Of a stretch of DNA of 64,000 nt, positions 21,377 through 32,322 are shown piece after piece (position 1 is the stretch's first letter; each line of letters starts with the position of its first letter). The position numbers were made by a program, and so were the translations under genes. Below the pieces are notes generated by a model that was given only the letters and a program-made list of their open reading frames with translations, had not been told where the DNA came from and did not search any database. The stretch comes from an uncultured virus (IMG/VR IMGVR_UViG_3300021256_003716) (taxonomy: Duplodnaviria; Heunggongvirae; Uroviricota; Caudoviricetes): IMG/VR virus record IMGVR_UViG_3300021256_003716. The stretch is one strand, 5' to 3'.

Positions 21377-23068
21377 TTACTTTTTGTAAGTATCTAATAT
21401 GTCTTTTAATGTCTTAGGTTGACCAAAATAGAAGCCTTGCATCATATCTACGCCTAAGCTATCTAATACTTTAATTTGGCCCTTTGTTTCAACACCTTCA
21501 GCTATTACTTTACATTTGAGTAAATGTGCGAGTTGAACAATAATATTGACAAATTTTAATTTTTCTTCATCAGTGTCTACATTGCTAGTAAAAGACTTAT
21601 CAATCTTAACAATATCAACATGTAATTTTGTTAAATAACTTAAAGAAGAATATCCTGTACCAAAATCGTCAAGCGCAATCTTGCAGCCTAAAGCTTTTAT
21701 TTTCTTAATATTGGATGAGGCTTCATCCATATGCTTTATATATGATGATTCTGTTATCTCAAATTCAAGATTAGCTGGAGGAAAACTAGCCATATTTATA
21801 GCTGAAATAATATCATCAATCAGGTCCATATCACATAAATGTTTACCAGATAAGTTTACAGCCAAAATATAATTTGGATTGATACTTAAAAGTTCTTTTG
21901 CCTCAATAAGTGCATGCTTTAATACCCAAATATCAATATCACATATTAAGCCTGATTGCTCAGCTATTCCAATAAACTTGGATGGCAATAAGTCGCCCAT
22001 TTTTGATGGCATTCTTAATAGAACTTCATAACCCAATGGAGCATTATTATCTAGCATATATTGAGGCTGGTAGAGTAAATAAAATTTATCTTCTTTCAAA
22101 GCATATTTTATTTGTTTCTCAATATTATATCTGTCTACAATCTCTTTATACATTTCTGCATTAAAGAATAAATACCTATTTTTACCAGATGTTTTAGCTT
22201 TGTACATAGCGGTATCAGCATAACTTAAAAGCTTTTCAATATCTCTAGTATCATTAGGAAATGATGCAATTCCAGCAGAAGTTGTTACATACGATGTAAG
22301 TTCACTACCTGTTTTTATAGAATTAAACATTTCTTTAACAACTTTTGTAGCAATTTTTTTATCATCCGTTTCAATAACCATTGCGAACTCATCACCACCT
22401 AGTCTTGCCAAAGTACACCTATCAAATATTTTTATATCATTCCATTTTGATGCAATAAACTTTAGCAATTCATCTCCAGCCTTATGGCCCAATGTATCAT
22501 TTACAGCCTTAAAGTTATCCAAATCTAGAAAAACAAGATAAAAAGGAGAATCTATAAAGAGCTTATTTTCCATAAGCTTTACGAGTCCCCTTCTATTTAT
22601 ACATCTGGTTAGAGTATCATAATATGCAGCATTGCTAAGAGTACTTTCATTATATTTTGCCCTGAAAATATAAACCTTTAATAAAGTTGTAATAATAATA
22701 TTAAAGATACTATAACTAATACCGATTAAATATAAGTCGTTATGTCGTATTATTCCAAATACGGATAAAACGCATATCTCAGTCAAATCAGCTAGCATTA
22801 GAATATTATAAGTTAACGCATTGCCTAATACTAGAATACATACTGAAGCTACAACTGAAGAGGTTACAGTCCACTTAAATAGGTCACCAGTTAAGATCCT
22901 ATATCCAAATAATGAGAAGTCTGTAAAATTAAAACAGTAGTGCGTTAAAAGCCAAAAAATAGAAATATAGAAAATAGTTATGAAGAATGCAGAAACTTTC
23001 CTTGTTCTTGATGTTTTAGCACCTACCAATTTTTTTAATTCTTTATTTTTCTTAAAAAGGGTTATCAT
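21377..23068 (-). CDS. Membrane-bound GGDEF-EAL protein
   Basis: TM N-terminus; DLDNFKAVNDTLGHKAGD, RLGGDEF, YQPQY, EVLLR, EITES, DDFGTGYSS, KIDKSF, AEGVET, QGFYF. Confidence 0.95.
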   Translation of the reverse strand: MITLFKKNKELKKLVGAKTSRTRKVSAFFITIFYISIFWLLTHYCFNFTDFSLFGYRILTGDLFKWTVTSSVVASVCILVLGNALTYNILMLADLTEICVLSVFGIIRHNDLYLIGISYSIFNIIITTLLKVYIFRAKYNESTLSNAAYYDTLTRCINRRGLVKLMENKLFIDSPFYLVFLDLDNFKAVNDTLGHKAGDELLKFIASKWNDIKIFDRCTLARLGGDEFAMVIETDDKKIATKVVKEMFNSIKTGSELTSYVTTSAGIASFPNDTRDIEKLLSYADTAMYKAKTSGKNRYLFFNAEMYKEIVDRYNIEKQIKYALKEDKFYLLYQPQYMLDNNAPLGYEVLLRMPSKMGDLLPSKFIGIAEQSGLICDIDIWVLKHALIEAKELLSINPNYILAVNLSGKHLCDMDLIDDIISAINMASFPPANLEFEITESSYIKHMDEASSNIKKIKALGCKIALDDFGTGYSSLSYLTKLHVDIVKIDKSFTSNVDTDEEKLKFVNIIVQLAHLLKCKVIAEGVETKGQIKVLDSLGVDMMQGFYFGQPKTLKDILDTYKK

Positions 23069-23218
23069 AGCTCTCCTTAGCTCTTACTATAATTAGAGTA
23101 GCCCTTACAAAAGGGATTTACATGTAAAAAGGATTTATCCGTGGGATATAGTTAGTCGACATAATTGAAAAGGGTACCAATCTGGTACCCTTAATAAATT
23201 TATATATTCTGAAATTCT

Positions 23219-23959
23219 TTAATTTTTGTAAAGCTTATTTATTATAATTTTATTACAAATATAAGATGCATCATCATTGCTACATGTACAAGTTACATCA
23301 AGCTTAGTTTTTTTATTTGATAAAATTTCAAAAAACTTATCTGCGCCAATATTTATTGTGAACTTTGGTTTAAGGCCATCTACCATAGAAAAAGTACAAA
23401 TATTTGAATCTGCCTTAAGTACTACTGAAGGTTCTGGTACTAACCATAAAAAATAATAGTTATCTGGGCTTTCCTGGAAATTTTTAAGATTATGCTCAGC
23501 TTCTTTTACTCTATCTTCCCAATATTTGGTCCAATAATCCGCAATATCATCTACCATTTCATCAATTTCTTTATCTGTTGTATCCTTTGTAATTGTTATA
23601 CCATAAGGAGGAGGCCACTGTAAATCTCGCTCGGCTATATGGCGGAAACTAGAAAATACCGTCCAGTTACCAGAATCACAATATGAGGGATAATTAGTAT
23701 TTTTAATTTTATTATCAAGTCTATATTTAATGTCATCTCTAACTTTCTTATATGACATTTTAGACACTTTAATACGTTCTTCTAAAGTACCCTCATAATC
23801 ATTTTTTAAGTAGTAATTTAAGTTATCTTTTTGCTTTTTAACTTCAGCCTGAAGTCTTTTAACTTTTAAGTCCGGCGTATTACTTTTTGAGGGTCGATAA
23901 TCTTTTATACTTAAACCTTCAATTTTAATTATTGCTTCTACTTGTACAGTTTTTGCCAT
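23219..23959 (-). CDS. Hypothetical protein
   Basis: 246-aa ORF with RBS, in a minus-strand operon. Confidence 0.65.
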   Translation of the reverse strand: MAKTVQVEAIIKIEGLSIKDYRPSKSNTPDLKVKRLQAEVKKQKDNLNYYLKNDYEGTLEERIKVSKMSYKKVRDDIKYRLDNKIKNTNYPSYCDSGNWTVFSSFRHIAERDLQWPPPYGITITKDTTDKEIDEMVDDIADYWTKYWEDRVKEAEHNLKNFQESPDNYYFLWLVPEPSVVLKADSNICTFSMVDGLKPKFTINIGADKFFEILSNKKTKLDVTCTCSNDDASYICNKIIINKLYKN

Positions 23960-23982
23960 ATATTATTTACTACCTATAAGTA

Positions 23983-24492
23983 TTACTTACAATATTTATT
24001 TACAGCATCTACAATAATATTATTAAGATTATTAAAATCTGCTGATATAGGACTGTTCAGGGGAACATCCTCTTTTAAGTCCTTATGGTATATATTATCG
24101 TTACCTAGCCTATATGAAAATTTAGGATAAATATAAATTCCTACATACCTATTTATAAACCGCTGGTCATCACCATTATTATTAAGATGGCCATATGCGT
24201 TTATTCTAACTTCCAATGTATAATCTGATGAAACATTGTCAGAATCTATATCAAACAGCATTTCACAATAGTCCACTAAAAATTTTCCTCTTCTCAAATG
24301 AGTTATTTTATCGGAAACTTGATTAGTGCCATCTTCAATAAGTTTTACCATAGATGATAAAAAATCTAAAACCGGTTGTTTATAAGCAACCCTATCTTGT
24401 AATACCCTAATTTGGTCATTAAGATTTTCTAAATCTTTTTTACTCTCATCTTCAAATCTATGAGTTATCTTTTCAAAAAAATCTTTTTTCAT
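23983..24492 (-). CDS. Hypothetical protein
   Basis: 169-aa ORF closely coupled to the upstream gene. Confidence 0.65.
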   Translation of the reverse strand: MKKDFFEKITHRFEDESKKDLENLNDQIRVLQDRVAYKQPVLDFLSSMVKLIEDGTNQVSDKITHLRRGKFLVDYCEMLFDIDSDNVSSDYTLEVRINAYGHLNNNGDDQRFINRYVGIYIYPKFSYRLGNDNIYHKDLKEDVPLNSPISADFNNLNNIIVDAVNKYCK

Positions 24493-24494
24493 AT

Positions 24495-25721
24495 TTATGC
24501 GTCTGAATCAATAATCTTAATACAAATAACTTTCAAAACACTATCCTGAATAATAAAGCCTGTTCCATGCGGTGTGCCAATAGCGCCAGAAGAATATATA
24601 ATTGTTACATTATCATCTACCATACGAGATAATATATCTTTTACATAAGCTGACCCAATTAAGAACTTAAAACTTTTTGAAGGTTCTGTATTTGAAATAA
24701 CTGTAACTGGTACAAATACACTTGCAGATGCATTACTATCCGCATGCGATAAATAAATCTGATTATTATTCAAGTGTACTTCAGATGAGTCCAAAACTAA
24801 GCTATTCCATTTCCATAACTCTGATCTAAATACACCATCAAAAGTATTAAGCGCTTCAACTAACTCTGCTTTATTTACCTGAAGTGTTATATTTTCAGCA
24901 TCACTTGGAGCAACAATATCTATTTCTTCCTCAGAAGGATACTGGAACACATTTTCAGCCAAAGATGTAATCATCAATAAGCCATTGGATGTTTCAATCT
25001 GAGCATACTGGTTTGACTCATCTAATGTAAGTACAACGTCATCTTTAATAAAAGATGACATATACTTCACAAGATTGTCCTGAATATAAATATCCTTATC
25101 ATAAGGTGATAAATCTTCCTTAAGAGTATATTCCATAATACCTTGTGGGTCACAATATTTAATTGTATTATGATTTATCATTGCTGAGTTCAATTCATAT
25201 CCTGAAGCCTTCATTGATCTACAAATAATTGCCATAATATCAAGGAACTCAGCATTTGGTTTAATCTTATAAGTATTACCTGCAAAACAGTTTCTATAAT
25301 CATCAAATGACTGAATAATCTTCTTTACTTTATTTTCTGTAAGCTTATCATGATTTGCAATTGTAATTTCTGTTTTAGTTACGTCATTTCTAATAATAGT
25401 AGACGTTGTATCTTCTCCAGCTACTATAACTGTAACAAAATCTGCACCTTTTAAAACTTTATTTGCGGTTGCGGCAAATTCGGCTACATTTACTAAGAAA
25501 TAATTCAAAGTATTAGTAACATCTGAGGAAGCACTACTGATATTTATAATAAATCTAGCTGAAAAATCGTCATTACCACCAAGAAACAACATTGTTAAAG
25601 TATTATTGTTTACATCTGGTAAACAAATACTTACGGAGTTCGCAATAATATCCTTTCCATGTGCTTCAAAGCTAAGTAATTTTTGAACTTCTGCTTTTGT
25701 TAAAGTAAACTGTGTATTCAT
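24495..25721 (-). CDS. Putative DNA polymerase sliding clamp (DnaN/beta-clamp-like)
   Basis: 408 aa, beta-rich threefold layout; FTLTKAEVQKLL, FQYP, QVNKAELVEALN and IGSAYVKDIL segments resemble beta-clamp repeats. Confidence 0.5.
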   Translation of the reverse strand: MNTQFTLTKAEVQKLLSFEAHGKDIIANSVSICLPDVNNNTLTMLFLGGNDDFSARFIINISSASSDVTNTLNYFLVNVAEFAATANKVLKGADFVTVIVAGEDTTSTIIRNDVTKTEITIANHDKLTENKVKKIIQSFDDYRNCFAGNTYKIKPNAEFLDIMAIICRSMKASGYELNSAMINHNTIKYCDPQGIMEYTLKEDLSPYDKDIYIQDNLVKYMSSFIKDDVVLTLDESNQYAQIETSNGLLMITSLAENVFQYPSEEEIDIVAPSDAENITLQVNKAELVEALNTFDGVFRSELWKWNSLVLDSSEVHLNNNQIYLSHADSNASASVFVPVTVISNTEPSKSFKFLIGSAYVKDILSRMVDDNVTIIYSSGAIGTPHGTGFIIQDSVLKVICIKIIDSDA

Positions 25722-25943
25722 ATTTATCCTCTATTTTCTTTATTATAATAACAAATGAATTATCCCAAAGAAGTAGAAAAATTATTAAAAATTAATGTGA
25801 ATTTTTTAAAATTGAAGTTATATTAATTAATGAATCTAGAGAAGGTATATTTGAGCCTTGCGTAGCGGCTTATTATATAGGGTTTTTAAAATTTTTATTT
25901 TTATTTTATTCTACAGGAGCTAATTTAATAGTAGGATAATTAA

Positions 25944-26138
25944 ATGGCAAATAAGCTTAGTGTTGATAACAAGTTGAGTCAAGGTAGTAAGTTGTTAAAT
26001 TATACTAAATCAACTTATCCTTCTGTAGTAGATATTCCTCCTAGCGAATTTGAGTGGGATGATGTATTAGATGAGCCTTTTTATAAAGGTTTTGTAAATT
26101 CTAAAGGAGAAGTTGTTCTGCCAAAAGACTATATTTAA
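25944..26138 (+). CDS. Hypothetical protein
   Basis: AGGA RBS; CTAATT motif at 25920. Confidence 0.55.
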   Translation: MANKLSVDNKLSQGSKLLNYTKSTYPSVVDIPPSEFEWDDVLDEPFYKGFVNSKGEVVLPKDYI

Positions 26139-26160
26139 TAGGTAAACTAATTTTAATATT

Positions 26161-26973
26161 ATGGATAAAGAATTAGGTAATATTGAATATCATAAAGGCT
26201 GGGTTTTAGAAAGAAATCCAGAACCTGATAAATTACATAATAAATTTGCATGGGCAGAAAAACATGGAGTTTCAATCTCTATTGGCCCGCAAGAAATAGG
26301 TGAAAGTATACCTAAGTCTAATAGGAGATTATTTGAAATGATGTTTTTTGATGATGATGATCAGAATATAGAAATAAGTACATCAAGAGATGTTGTAGAT
26401 TTTTTCAAGCATGAATTATTTCATAATGCGGATAATTATTCAAGCCCAATGAAAAAAGCTATGTCTATAGTTATTACTAGATTTCATGAATCAACTGAAA
26501 AATCACAAACAGGACTTGAGCTTATTATTGAATTCCTTGAAAGATTCATTGATACTGCTTCAAAATTGGATGAAAGTGAAGAAACTGATAACGTTCTGAT
26601 AGTTGCTAAGGGACAAGCAGATGAAGCAAAAAATGTTGCTATTACTGTTATTGAACGTGGTATTAAAGGAAATGTTGTTAGACAAGAGTTTGATAAGATC
26701 GACCAGTTACTTATAAATGCAACTAAGCTTTATAAATCTGCTTTACAGATTGCAGCTAATACCAAGGATGCTAGAAGTGCAGATTATAGAGCAATAATTA
26801 TGTCTCTTAAAACAGCGCTAGATGAAAGGTTTACAGCTATCAGAAAAGAAGTAGAAAAAGCTAATTCAGAAAGTACAATGCAAATTTATCATGGATTTGG
26901 TGATAATCTTATTGTACACCCTGAAGAATTATATCTTGAATATTATGCTAAACATTTCGTAAAAGCTGCTTAA
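26161..26973 (+). CDS. Hypothetical helical protein
   Basis: 270-aa ORF; CTAATT 8 nt before ATG, no RBS. Confidence 0.7.
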   Translation: MDKELGNIEYHKGWVLERNPEPDKLHNKFAWAEKHGVSISIGPQEIGESIPKSNRRLFEMMFFDDDDQNIEISTSRDVVDFFKHELFHNADNYSSPMKKAMSIVITRFHESTEKSQTGLELIIEFLERFIDTASKLDESEETDNVLIVAKGQADEAKNVAITVIERGIKGNVVRQEFDKIDQLLINATKLYKSALQIAANTKDARSADYRAIIMSLKTALDERFTAIRKEVEKANSESTMQIYHGFGDNLIVHPEELYLEYYAKHFVKAA

Positions 26974-26989
26974 AATTAAGCAGAAATAT

Positions 26990-27017
26990 AAAAAGCCAAG
27001 CAATTTGCTTGGCTTTT
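26990..27017. terminator. Bidirectional terminator
   Basis: AAAAAGCCAAGCAA-t-TTGCTTGGCTTTT between convergent genes. Confidence 0.8.
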
Positions 27018-27020
27018 ATT

Positions 27021-29331
27021 TTATTGTGGAATATACTTATCTGCGTATTCAAGATTAAGTTTATTAGGAATAACACCAATTTGGGTATTCAAAAGATTAT
27101 CCCATAAAGAATGCATTCTTAAACAACGCTCAATTGCTTGCAATTCGTTATATTCAAGCTTTTCTTGATTTTTAATTTTATCAAAAATGGCTTGTTCCCA
27201 ATCTCCCATAGTTAACCTCTAAATTTTCTTAACATACCGAGTAAAGTAGCCCATTTTTCTAGCCTCGTCAATAAGCTTATTTACTTCATCTACATAAAGA
27301 TTATAATATTTCTTTAACCAAGATGGCACTTTATATTTTCTCATTTTCTTAAAATAACTTTTATAAGTCTTAAAGAAATCTATAAATGCGTCCATTGAAA
27401 AGCAAACAATATCTCCAGAATAATTTTTATATTCCATAAGATCCTTGTTTGTACTAGAAATAAAATTTTCTTTTAACAAATCTGATGAGTCTTCTTTACC
27501 CATAATAACGCAAGATTCAAGACTATTAATATTAAGACTTAATGACGCAAGTTTTGTATAATCGTAAGTAACAGTTTTTTTCATAATAATCTCCTTACGA
27601 TTATAATATGTAGAGAGTTCTATAAAAGCCTAATTTTTAGTCATATGCAGTATCAGATTCATACCACCATTCAATTCCATGGCCAACCATAATATAGCTT
27701 CCATCCGGCTTCTTAAAGAAAACAATGCCATCTACCATTTTATCATATTTACACTCAATTGTAGTTTCATAAAGTATAGGACGCGCACTAGATGGGAATG
27801 CTTCAGCAAAATATTTAATATGTAGCGTTCCAGCAAAACAATTTAAGGCTACTAGGCCGCTTAATATTAAACTACAAATAAATTTTTTCATATTCTAATC
27901 CTCTATATTTACTTTTTGTAGATATTTTGTCCAAAATCCGCCACTAAAACCTTCAAGCATAACTAACTCAGTTCCATAATTATCCCAAGAATCAGTTGCA
28001 CATTCCCAAATTTTACCATTATAGTGCTTTGCTTCTATGCAGGTATGCATTACTACTTTATCACCCTTATGGAGAACATTCGCACCTTTTTTAGCTCTAG
28101 CAGCACCTCTTCTTTTCTCATAAGAATCTATAACATCTTTCCATTGATAATCCTTTACAAGGACAGTATCATTGTTCTTATATTTTTTCATAAAATCTGT
28201 ATAAGATTTATAATCATCTACAATATGATAAGTATGTTCAGGATAATGTTTATAAAATTCTTCAGCTGTGTAACGTTCACAATCAAAAAAACTTGGAGTA
28301 TATCCACTGAAACATCTATCTTCATTATCTGGGGTTCTTTTTCCCCAATACATAATACAATCTTTAGTAGAATGCTTAATTGAAATTGCAATATAATCTC
28401 TCATTTCCATAAATTACCCCTTAGTAGGTTTTGCTGATTCATTAGGCTGTTGCCCACTAAATCTGAATGACTTGAAAGGACTATAAAGATAATCTTTTTC
28501 CGTAGCTTCATCTGGCCAAGAGTTTATATCAATTTGAGGTTTATCAGTCCAACCATCATGGTCTCCATCTACATATCCTCTGCAGCATGTCATATCAATA
28601 CAATGATTCTTTGATAGTTTAATTTGTGTACAATTTTCACAAGTTTTATTCATTTTATAATCCTAATAATGATGATATTTTTAGACCATTAATTGGAGAA
28701 CTAAGCTGTTCAATACCCCAGCAAAGAGTTTTATCCACTTCAATAAAGTGTTTACAAGCTTTCTCTAAATTTTTCCGATTACCTAAATCATTCCATCCAT
28801 TTTTAAGAAAGCTAGTATCTTTCCAATAACCATAACATTTTTCACCGTTTCTCTTAAAAGAAAAAGGAAGATGTTGAAAAGTACCTATAAAGTATGTAGC
28901 AAAAGCATATTTTTTTAAGGTATCATAATAGGTAATATACCAGCTTCTATATTTTCCATTAGGGTCTAGCCACCCATTGCGTCCGTCATAACGTTCTGCG
29001 TTAGGGTCAACATAAAATCTAATAAGTACCATTTTTAGTTATCTTTCATTACTTTTGGCATCATGTTATTAACACAGTTTTCAAAAGCATTTTTCCATTC
29101 TTCCGTTTTAGGTGTAATTGGGCTATTAAAAACAATGCACTTAATATCTACACATTCATGTACATATAAGATTACATAAATATCTTCGATATTTGCATCA
29201 GGAATAATCTTAATCCAATCATCCTCATTGTCATTTTTATTATAAATGACAGTATTCATTTCAACAATTGTATCATTATCAAGAGTAAAGCCTGGAATAT
29301 TCAACTGTCTAACTACATCATATGTATTCAT
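27021..29331 (-). other. Cluster of seven small hypothetical ORFs (27021-27209, 27219-27584, 27637-27891, 27895-28410, 28414-28653, 28655-29032, 29035-29331)
   Basis: Tightly packed minus-strand ORFs; ACATATTATA-type motifs at 27602-27611 and about 29347; 27637-27891 has a signal peptide. Confidence 0.65.
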
Positions 29332-29422
29332 AGTACAATACCTCTATAATAATATGTATTTATACTTAAAAAATCATAAAAACTTACTTAAAAATTATAT
29401 AGAAGTATACTAATTTAGAATT

Positions 29423-29611
29423 ATGAAAAAAGTACTTATGGAAGTACCTGAAAAATGTGAAGGTCTATGTGATGGATGCTTTTTCTTCATAAAACGTGAC
29501 GCTTGTTTTAATGTGGTTTGTCAAAGATTACTTGTGAAAGGAAAAGATTGTAAAGATAAGATCTTTGTATTAAAAGAAATAAAAGATTCAAAAAGTTCTA
29601 AAAATAATTAA
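29423..29611 (+). CDS. Small Cys-rich protein
   Basis: CxxxCxxC...C....C; CTAATT 7 nt before ATG. Confidence 0.55.
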   Translation: MKKVLMEVPEKCEGLCDGCFFFIKRDACFNVVCQRLLVKGKDCKDKIFVLKEIKDSKSSKNN

Positions 29612-29686
29612 AGTCTACTCAATTTAATCTAAGTTTAGCTAATTTAAAAATATAATGAAATTTTTTATTTAGGGGAGAAGTCTTTA

Positions 29687-30076
29687 ATGAAAAAATTAAT
29701 ATGTTTTGTATTATTGGTTTTCATGTGCTATCTTCTTTGTGGAGAAACTTATACTGTTGTAAGTATAAGAGGCATAAATGGACACAAAGGACTAGCTAAA
29801 CTAAAGCAAGGTGGCGCAATTTCGATTGGTCAAGAATTAACAGATAATGATTATGTAGTTTTGAAAAATGGAAATTACATCGAGTTGGATAATAGTAAGT
29901 TTATTTATGATGAAGGTTATGTTAAGGATGTAGTTACTGATAAACGTAGACTTACTAAGGGAAAGATTGTAAAAGCTAGTAATATTGCTGGCCCGGTAGA
30001 ATCCACAAGAAAAGGCGTAGCAACTGCAGCATCAAGGGCTTCAGATGCTAAAGAAGATTTTGATTGGGATGAATAA
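29687..30076 (+). CDS. Exported protein, resembling a Treponema-type family
   Basis: Signal peptide; YTVVSI.G, GQEL.D, C-terminal RKGVATAASRASDAKEDFDWDE. Confidence 0.6.
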   Translation: MKKLICFVLLVFMCYLLCGETYTVVSIRGINGHKGLAKLKQGGAISIGQELTDNDYVVLKNGNYIELDNSKFIYDEGYVKDVVTDKRRLTKGKIVKASNIAGPVESTRKGVATAASRASDAKEDFDWDE

Positions 30077-30102
30077 GATTCTAGGACGGATACTAGATAT
30101 TT

Positions 30103-30112
30103 ACATATTATA
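30103..30112 (+). promoter_or_regulatory. ACATATTATA promoter motif upstream of flaB
   Basis: Exact 10-mer also found in intergenic positions 7670, 12025, 46432, 50557, 56745 (+) and 27602 (-). Confidence 0.6.
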
Positions 30113-30150
30113 GTAAAATAGGTAAACCATAAACCTAAAGGAGTAAAATC

Positions 30151-31002
30151 ATGGTAATAAACCACAACATGTCTAGCCTCTTTGCTTCACGCCAAGAAGG
30201 TATTAATACTCAGGCTCTTCAGAAGTCAATGGAAAAACTTGCCTCTGGCGAAAAGATTAACAGAGCAGGTGATGATGCTTCAGGCCTTGCAGTATCTGAA
30301 AAAATGCGTTCTCAGATTAGAGGTCTTAATCAGGCTTCAAGAAATATTGGAGATGCAATTTCTTTTTCTCAGACTGCAGAGGGCTACCTTAGTGAAACTG
30401 TAGATGTTCTTCAGCGTATTCGTGAACTTGCTGTTCAGGCATCTAATGGTGTTTATTCAGATGAAGACCGCGCGCAAATTGCAGTTGAAGTATCACAGCT
30501 TGTAGCGGAAGTAGATAGAATTGCATCAAGTGCGTCTTTCAATGGTATGTCACTTTTGACCGGTCGTTTTTCGCGTGAGTCAGATGTTGTAATGCAGTTC
30601 CAAATCGGAGCAAATTCTGATCAAAATATTCGTGCTTATATTGGTACAATGACTTCTCAGGCATTAGGCCTTACGGGTATTCAGGGAACTGATGAAAAGA
30701 TTTCTATTGCTAGTCCAGATGAAGCAAATGCTACAATTGCAACACTTGATGAAGCTCTTAAAAATGTAAATAAACAGCGTGCTGATTTAGGTGCTTATCA
30801 AAACAGAATGGAATTGGCAGCAAAAGGAATCAACGTTGCTGCAGAAAATACTCAGTCAGCAGAATCTCGCATTCGTGATGCTGATATGGCCTCTGAGATG
30901 GTTGACTTCTCTAAGAATCAAATTATTACGCAAGCGGCAACTAGTATGCTTGCACAGTCTATTTCAATCAATAGAAGTCAGGTATTACAGCTTTTAAGCT
31001 AG
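30151..31002 (+). CDS. flaB: Flagellin, spirochete FlaB-type periplasmic filament core protein
   Basis: [70 protein letters not shown]; 283 aa with no D2/D3 domain; AAGGAG RBS. Confidence 0.97.
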   Translation: MVINHNMSSLFASRQEGINTQALQKSMEKLASGEKINRAGDDASGLAVSEKMRSQIRGLNQASRNIGDAISFSQTAEGYLSETVDVLQRIRELAVQASNGVYSDEDRAQIAVEVSQLVAEVDRIASSASFNGMSLLTGRFSRESDVVMQFQIGANSDQNIRAYIGTMTSQALGLTGIQGTDEKISIASPDEANATIATLDEALKNVNKQRADLGAYQNRMELAAKGINVAAENTQSAESRIRDADMASEMVDFSKNQIITQAATSMLAQSISINRSQVLQLLS

Positions 31003-31026
31003 ACTTTTAAGATAAAATTTTTTAAG

Positions 31027-31053
31027 AAGGTTAAGTATTATACTTAACCTTTT
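31027..31053 (+). terminator. Terminator after flaB
   Basis: AAGGTTAAGTA-tta-TACTTAACCTTTT. Confidence 0.75.
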
Positions 31054-31071
31054 ATTATATAGAGGTATACT

Positions 31072-31734
31072 ATGTATAAAAAATTATTATTAAGCTTTAT
31101 AATTCTAGCATTTTCAGCAATATGTTTTTCTAATGAGTATATTTCTGTAAGTTCTAATTCGAAAACTTTAGAGTATCATAATCATGATACTTATGAAGTT
31201 TGGTATGATACATACTATAATAATCCTTCTTTTGTCATTTGGGATTTAACTTTTGAAGATGCTGTATTATCTGATAGTTCAAATAATAGAGCTAAATCTG
31301 GATTTAAGCAATGTGGCTCTTCCGCAAAGGAAAATGGCTATACAAAATCTGGCTTTGATAAAGGTCATATGTGCCCGAATAACGATAGAGATTGGAGTAA
31401 AGAATCTTCTCTTAATACTTTTAGAGCATGTAATATATGTCCTCAAACAGGCGCATTAAATAGAGGCAATTGGAAAAAATATGAAGCTTATGCGCATACT
31501 TTAGCAAATAAGTATCAACTTGTTACAATTGTATGCGGTCCAGTATATACTACAAGAGATAAAGTTATAATACCTGGAGATATTGTAGTACCAAATGCAT
31601 TTTTTAAGGTTTTTATAATTAATAATAAAATTTTTGAATGTTATATTTTTTATCAAAATAATACTTTTGAAATGGCAAATATAAATAAGATTGAAAAACT
31701 TACTGGGCTTAAGTTCAAGATTAAGAAGGATTGA
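31072..31734 (+). CDS. Exported DNA/RNA non-specific endonuclease (NucA/Serratia type)
   Basis: Signal peptide; SGFDKGHMCP (DRGH-like), NICPQ...LNRGNWKKYE, CGP, VPNAFFKV. Confidence 0.9.
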   Translation: MYKKLLLSFIILAFSAICFSNEYISVSSNSKTLEYHNHDTYEVWYDTYYNNPSFVIWDLTFEDAVLSDSSNNRAKSGFKQCGSSAKENGYTKSGFDKGHMCPNNDRDWSKESSLNTFRACNICPQTGALNRGNWKKYEAYAHTLANKYQLVTIVCGPVYTTRDKVIIPGDIVVPNAFFKVFIINNKIFECYIFYQNNTFEMANINKIEKLTGLKFKIKKD

Positions 31735-31915
31735 AAATGGCAAAAGAAGTTTCTGAAGCACAACTAAAAGCAGTATCGCTTAAAATTATTAATTGCATAA
31801 AATTTCATTTATGTAAGATGGATGAGGACTATGATAAGCCAATAATCAGTCCAAAGTTTCTAGCAGATACTTTAGATCAAATGGCAATTGATGGATTTGA
31901 GATGGGGATAGAAAA

Positions 31916-32290
31916 ATGACAAAAGAAGAGATAAAAAAGAAAATTAAAGAACTTGGGATAATATCTATTGAAGATGCAAATAATTGGCAAACAATGGAAG
32001 ATGTAATTAAAATTATTGAGGAAACAAATAAATCTCCTAAGATGATTGCAGTTCCTTTAGTTATTGATGCGGAAACTGACAGAAAGCTTTTTAATACCCG
32101 AGAAAAAATTTTATCATATTTTTCTGAAAAGAAGATTACAGATATATCTATACAGCGAGAAATATTAGTAGAAGCTATGAAAATAGACTCTGAGCCATAT
32201 ATAGCTAATCAAACAGAAGAACAAATCCTAGAGTCTGATATTAAAATGTATTTAACATATGCTTGGATAAATAATAGACAACATTATTAA
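31916..32290 (+). CDS. Hypothetical protein
   Basis: 124-aa ORF overlapping the small upstream ORF 31731..31919. Confidence 0.6.
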   Translation: MTKEEIKKKIKELGIISIEDANNWQTMEDVIKIIEETNKSPKMIAVPLVIDAETDRKLFNTREKILSYFSEKKITDISIQREILVEAMKIDSEPYIANQTEEQILESDIKMYLTYAWINNRQHY

Positions 32291-32294
32291 AAGT

Positions 32295-32318
32295 AAAGGC
32301 TGGACTAACCAGCCTTTT
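32295..32318. terminator. Bidirectional terminator
   Basis: AAAGGCTGG-actaa-CCAGCCTTTT. Confidence 0.75.
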
Positions 32319-32322
32319 ATTT

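Noticed and set aside
23097..23165. c-di-GMP riboswitch upstream of the GGDEF-EAL gene
   Set aside because: No GEMM-type GGCAAA/GNRA-receptor architecture recognised; only short AAATCC(C/T)TTTT repeats
30080..30097. CsrA-type GGA hairpin (TCTAG-GACGGATA-CTAGA) upstream of flaB
   Set aside because: It lies upstream of the presumed flaB promoter motif, so it would be present only in read-through RNA; too short to support alone
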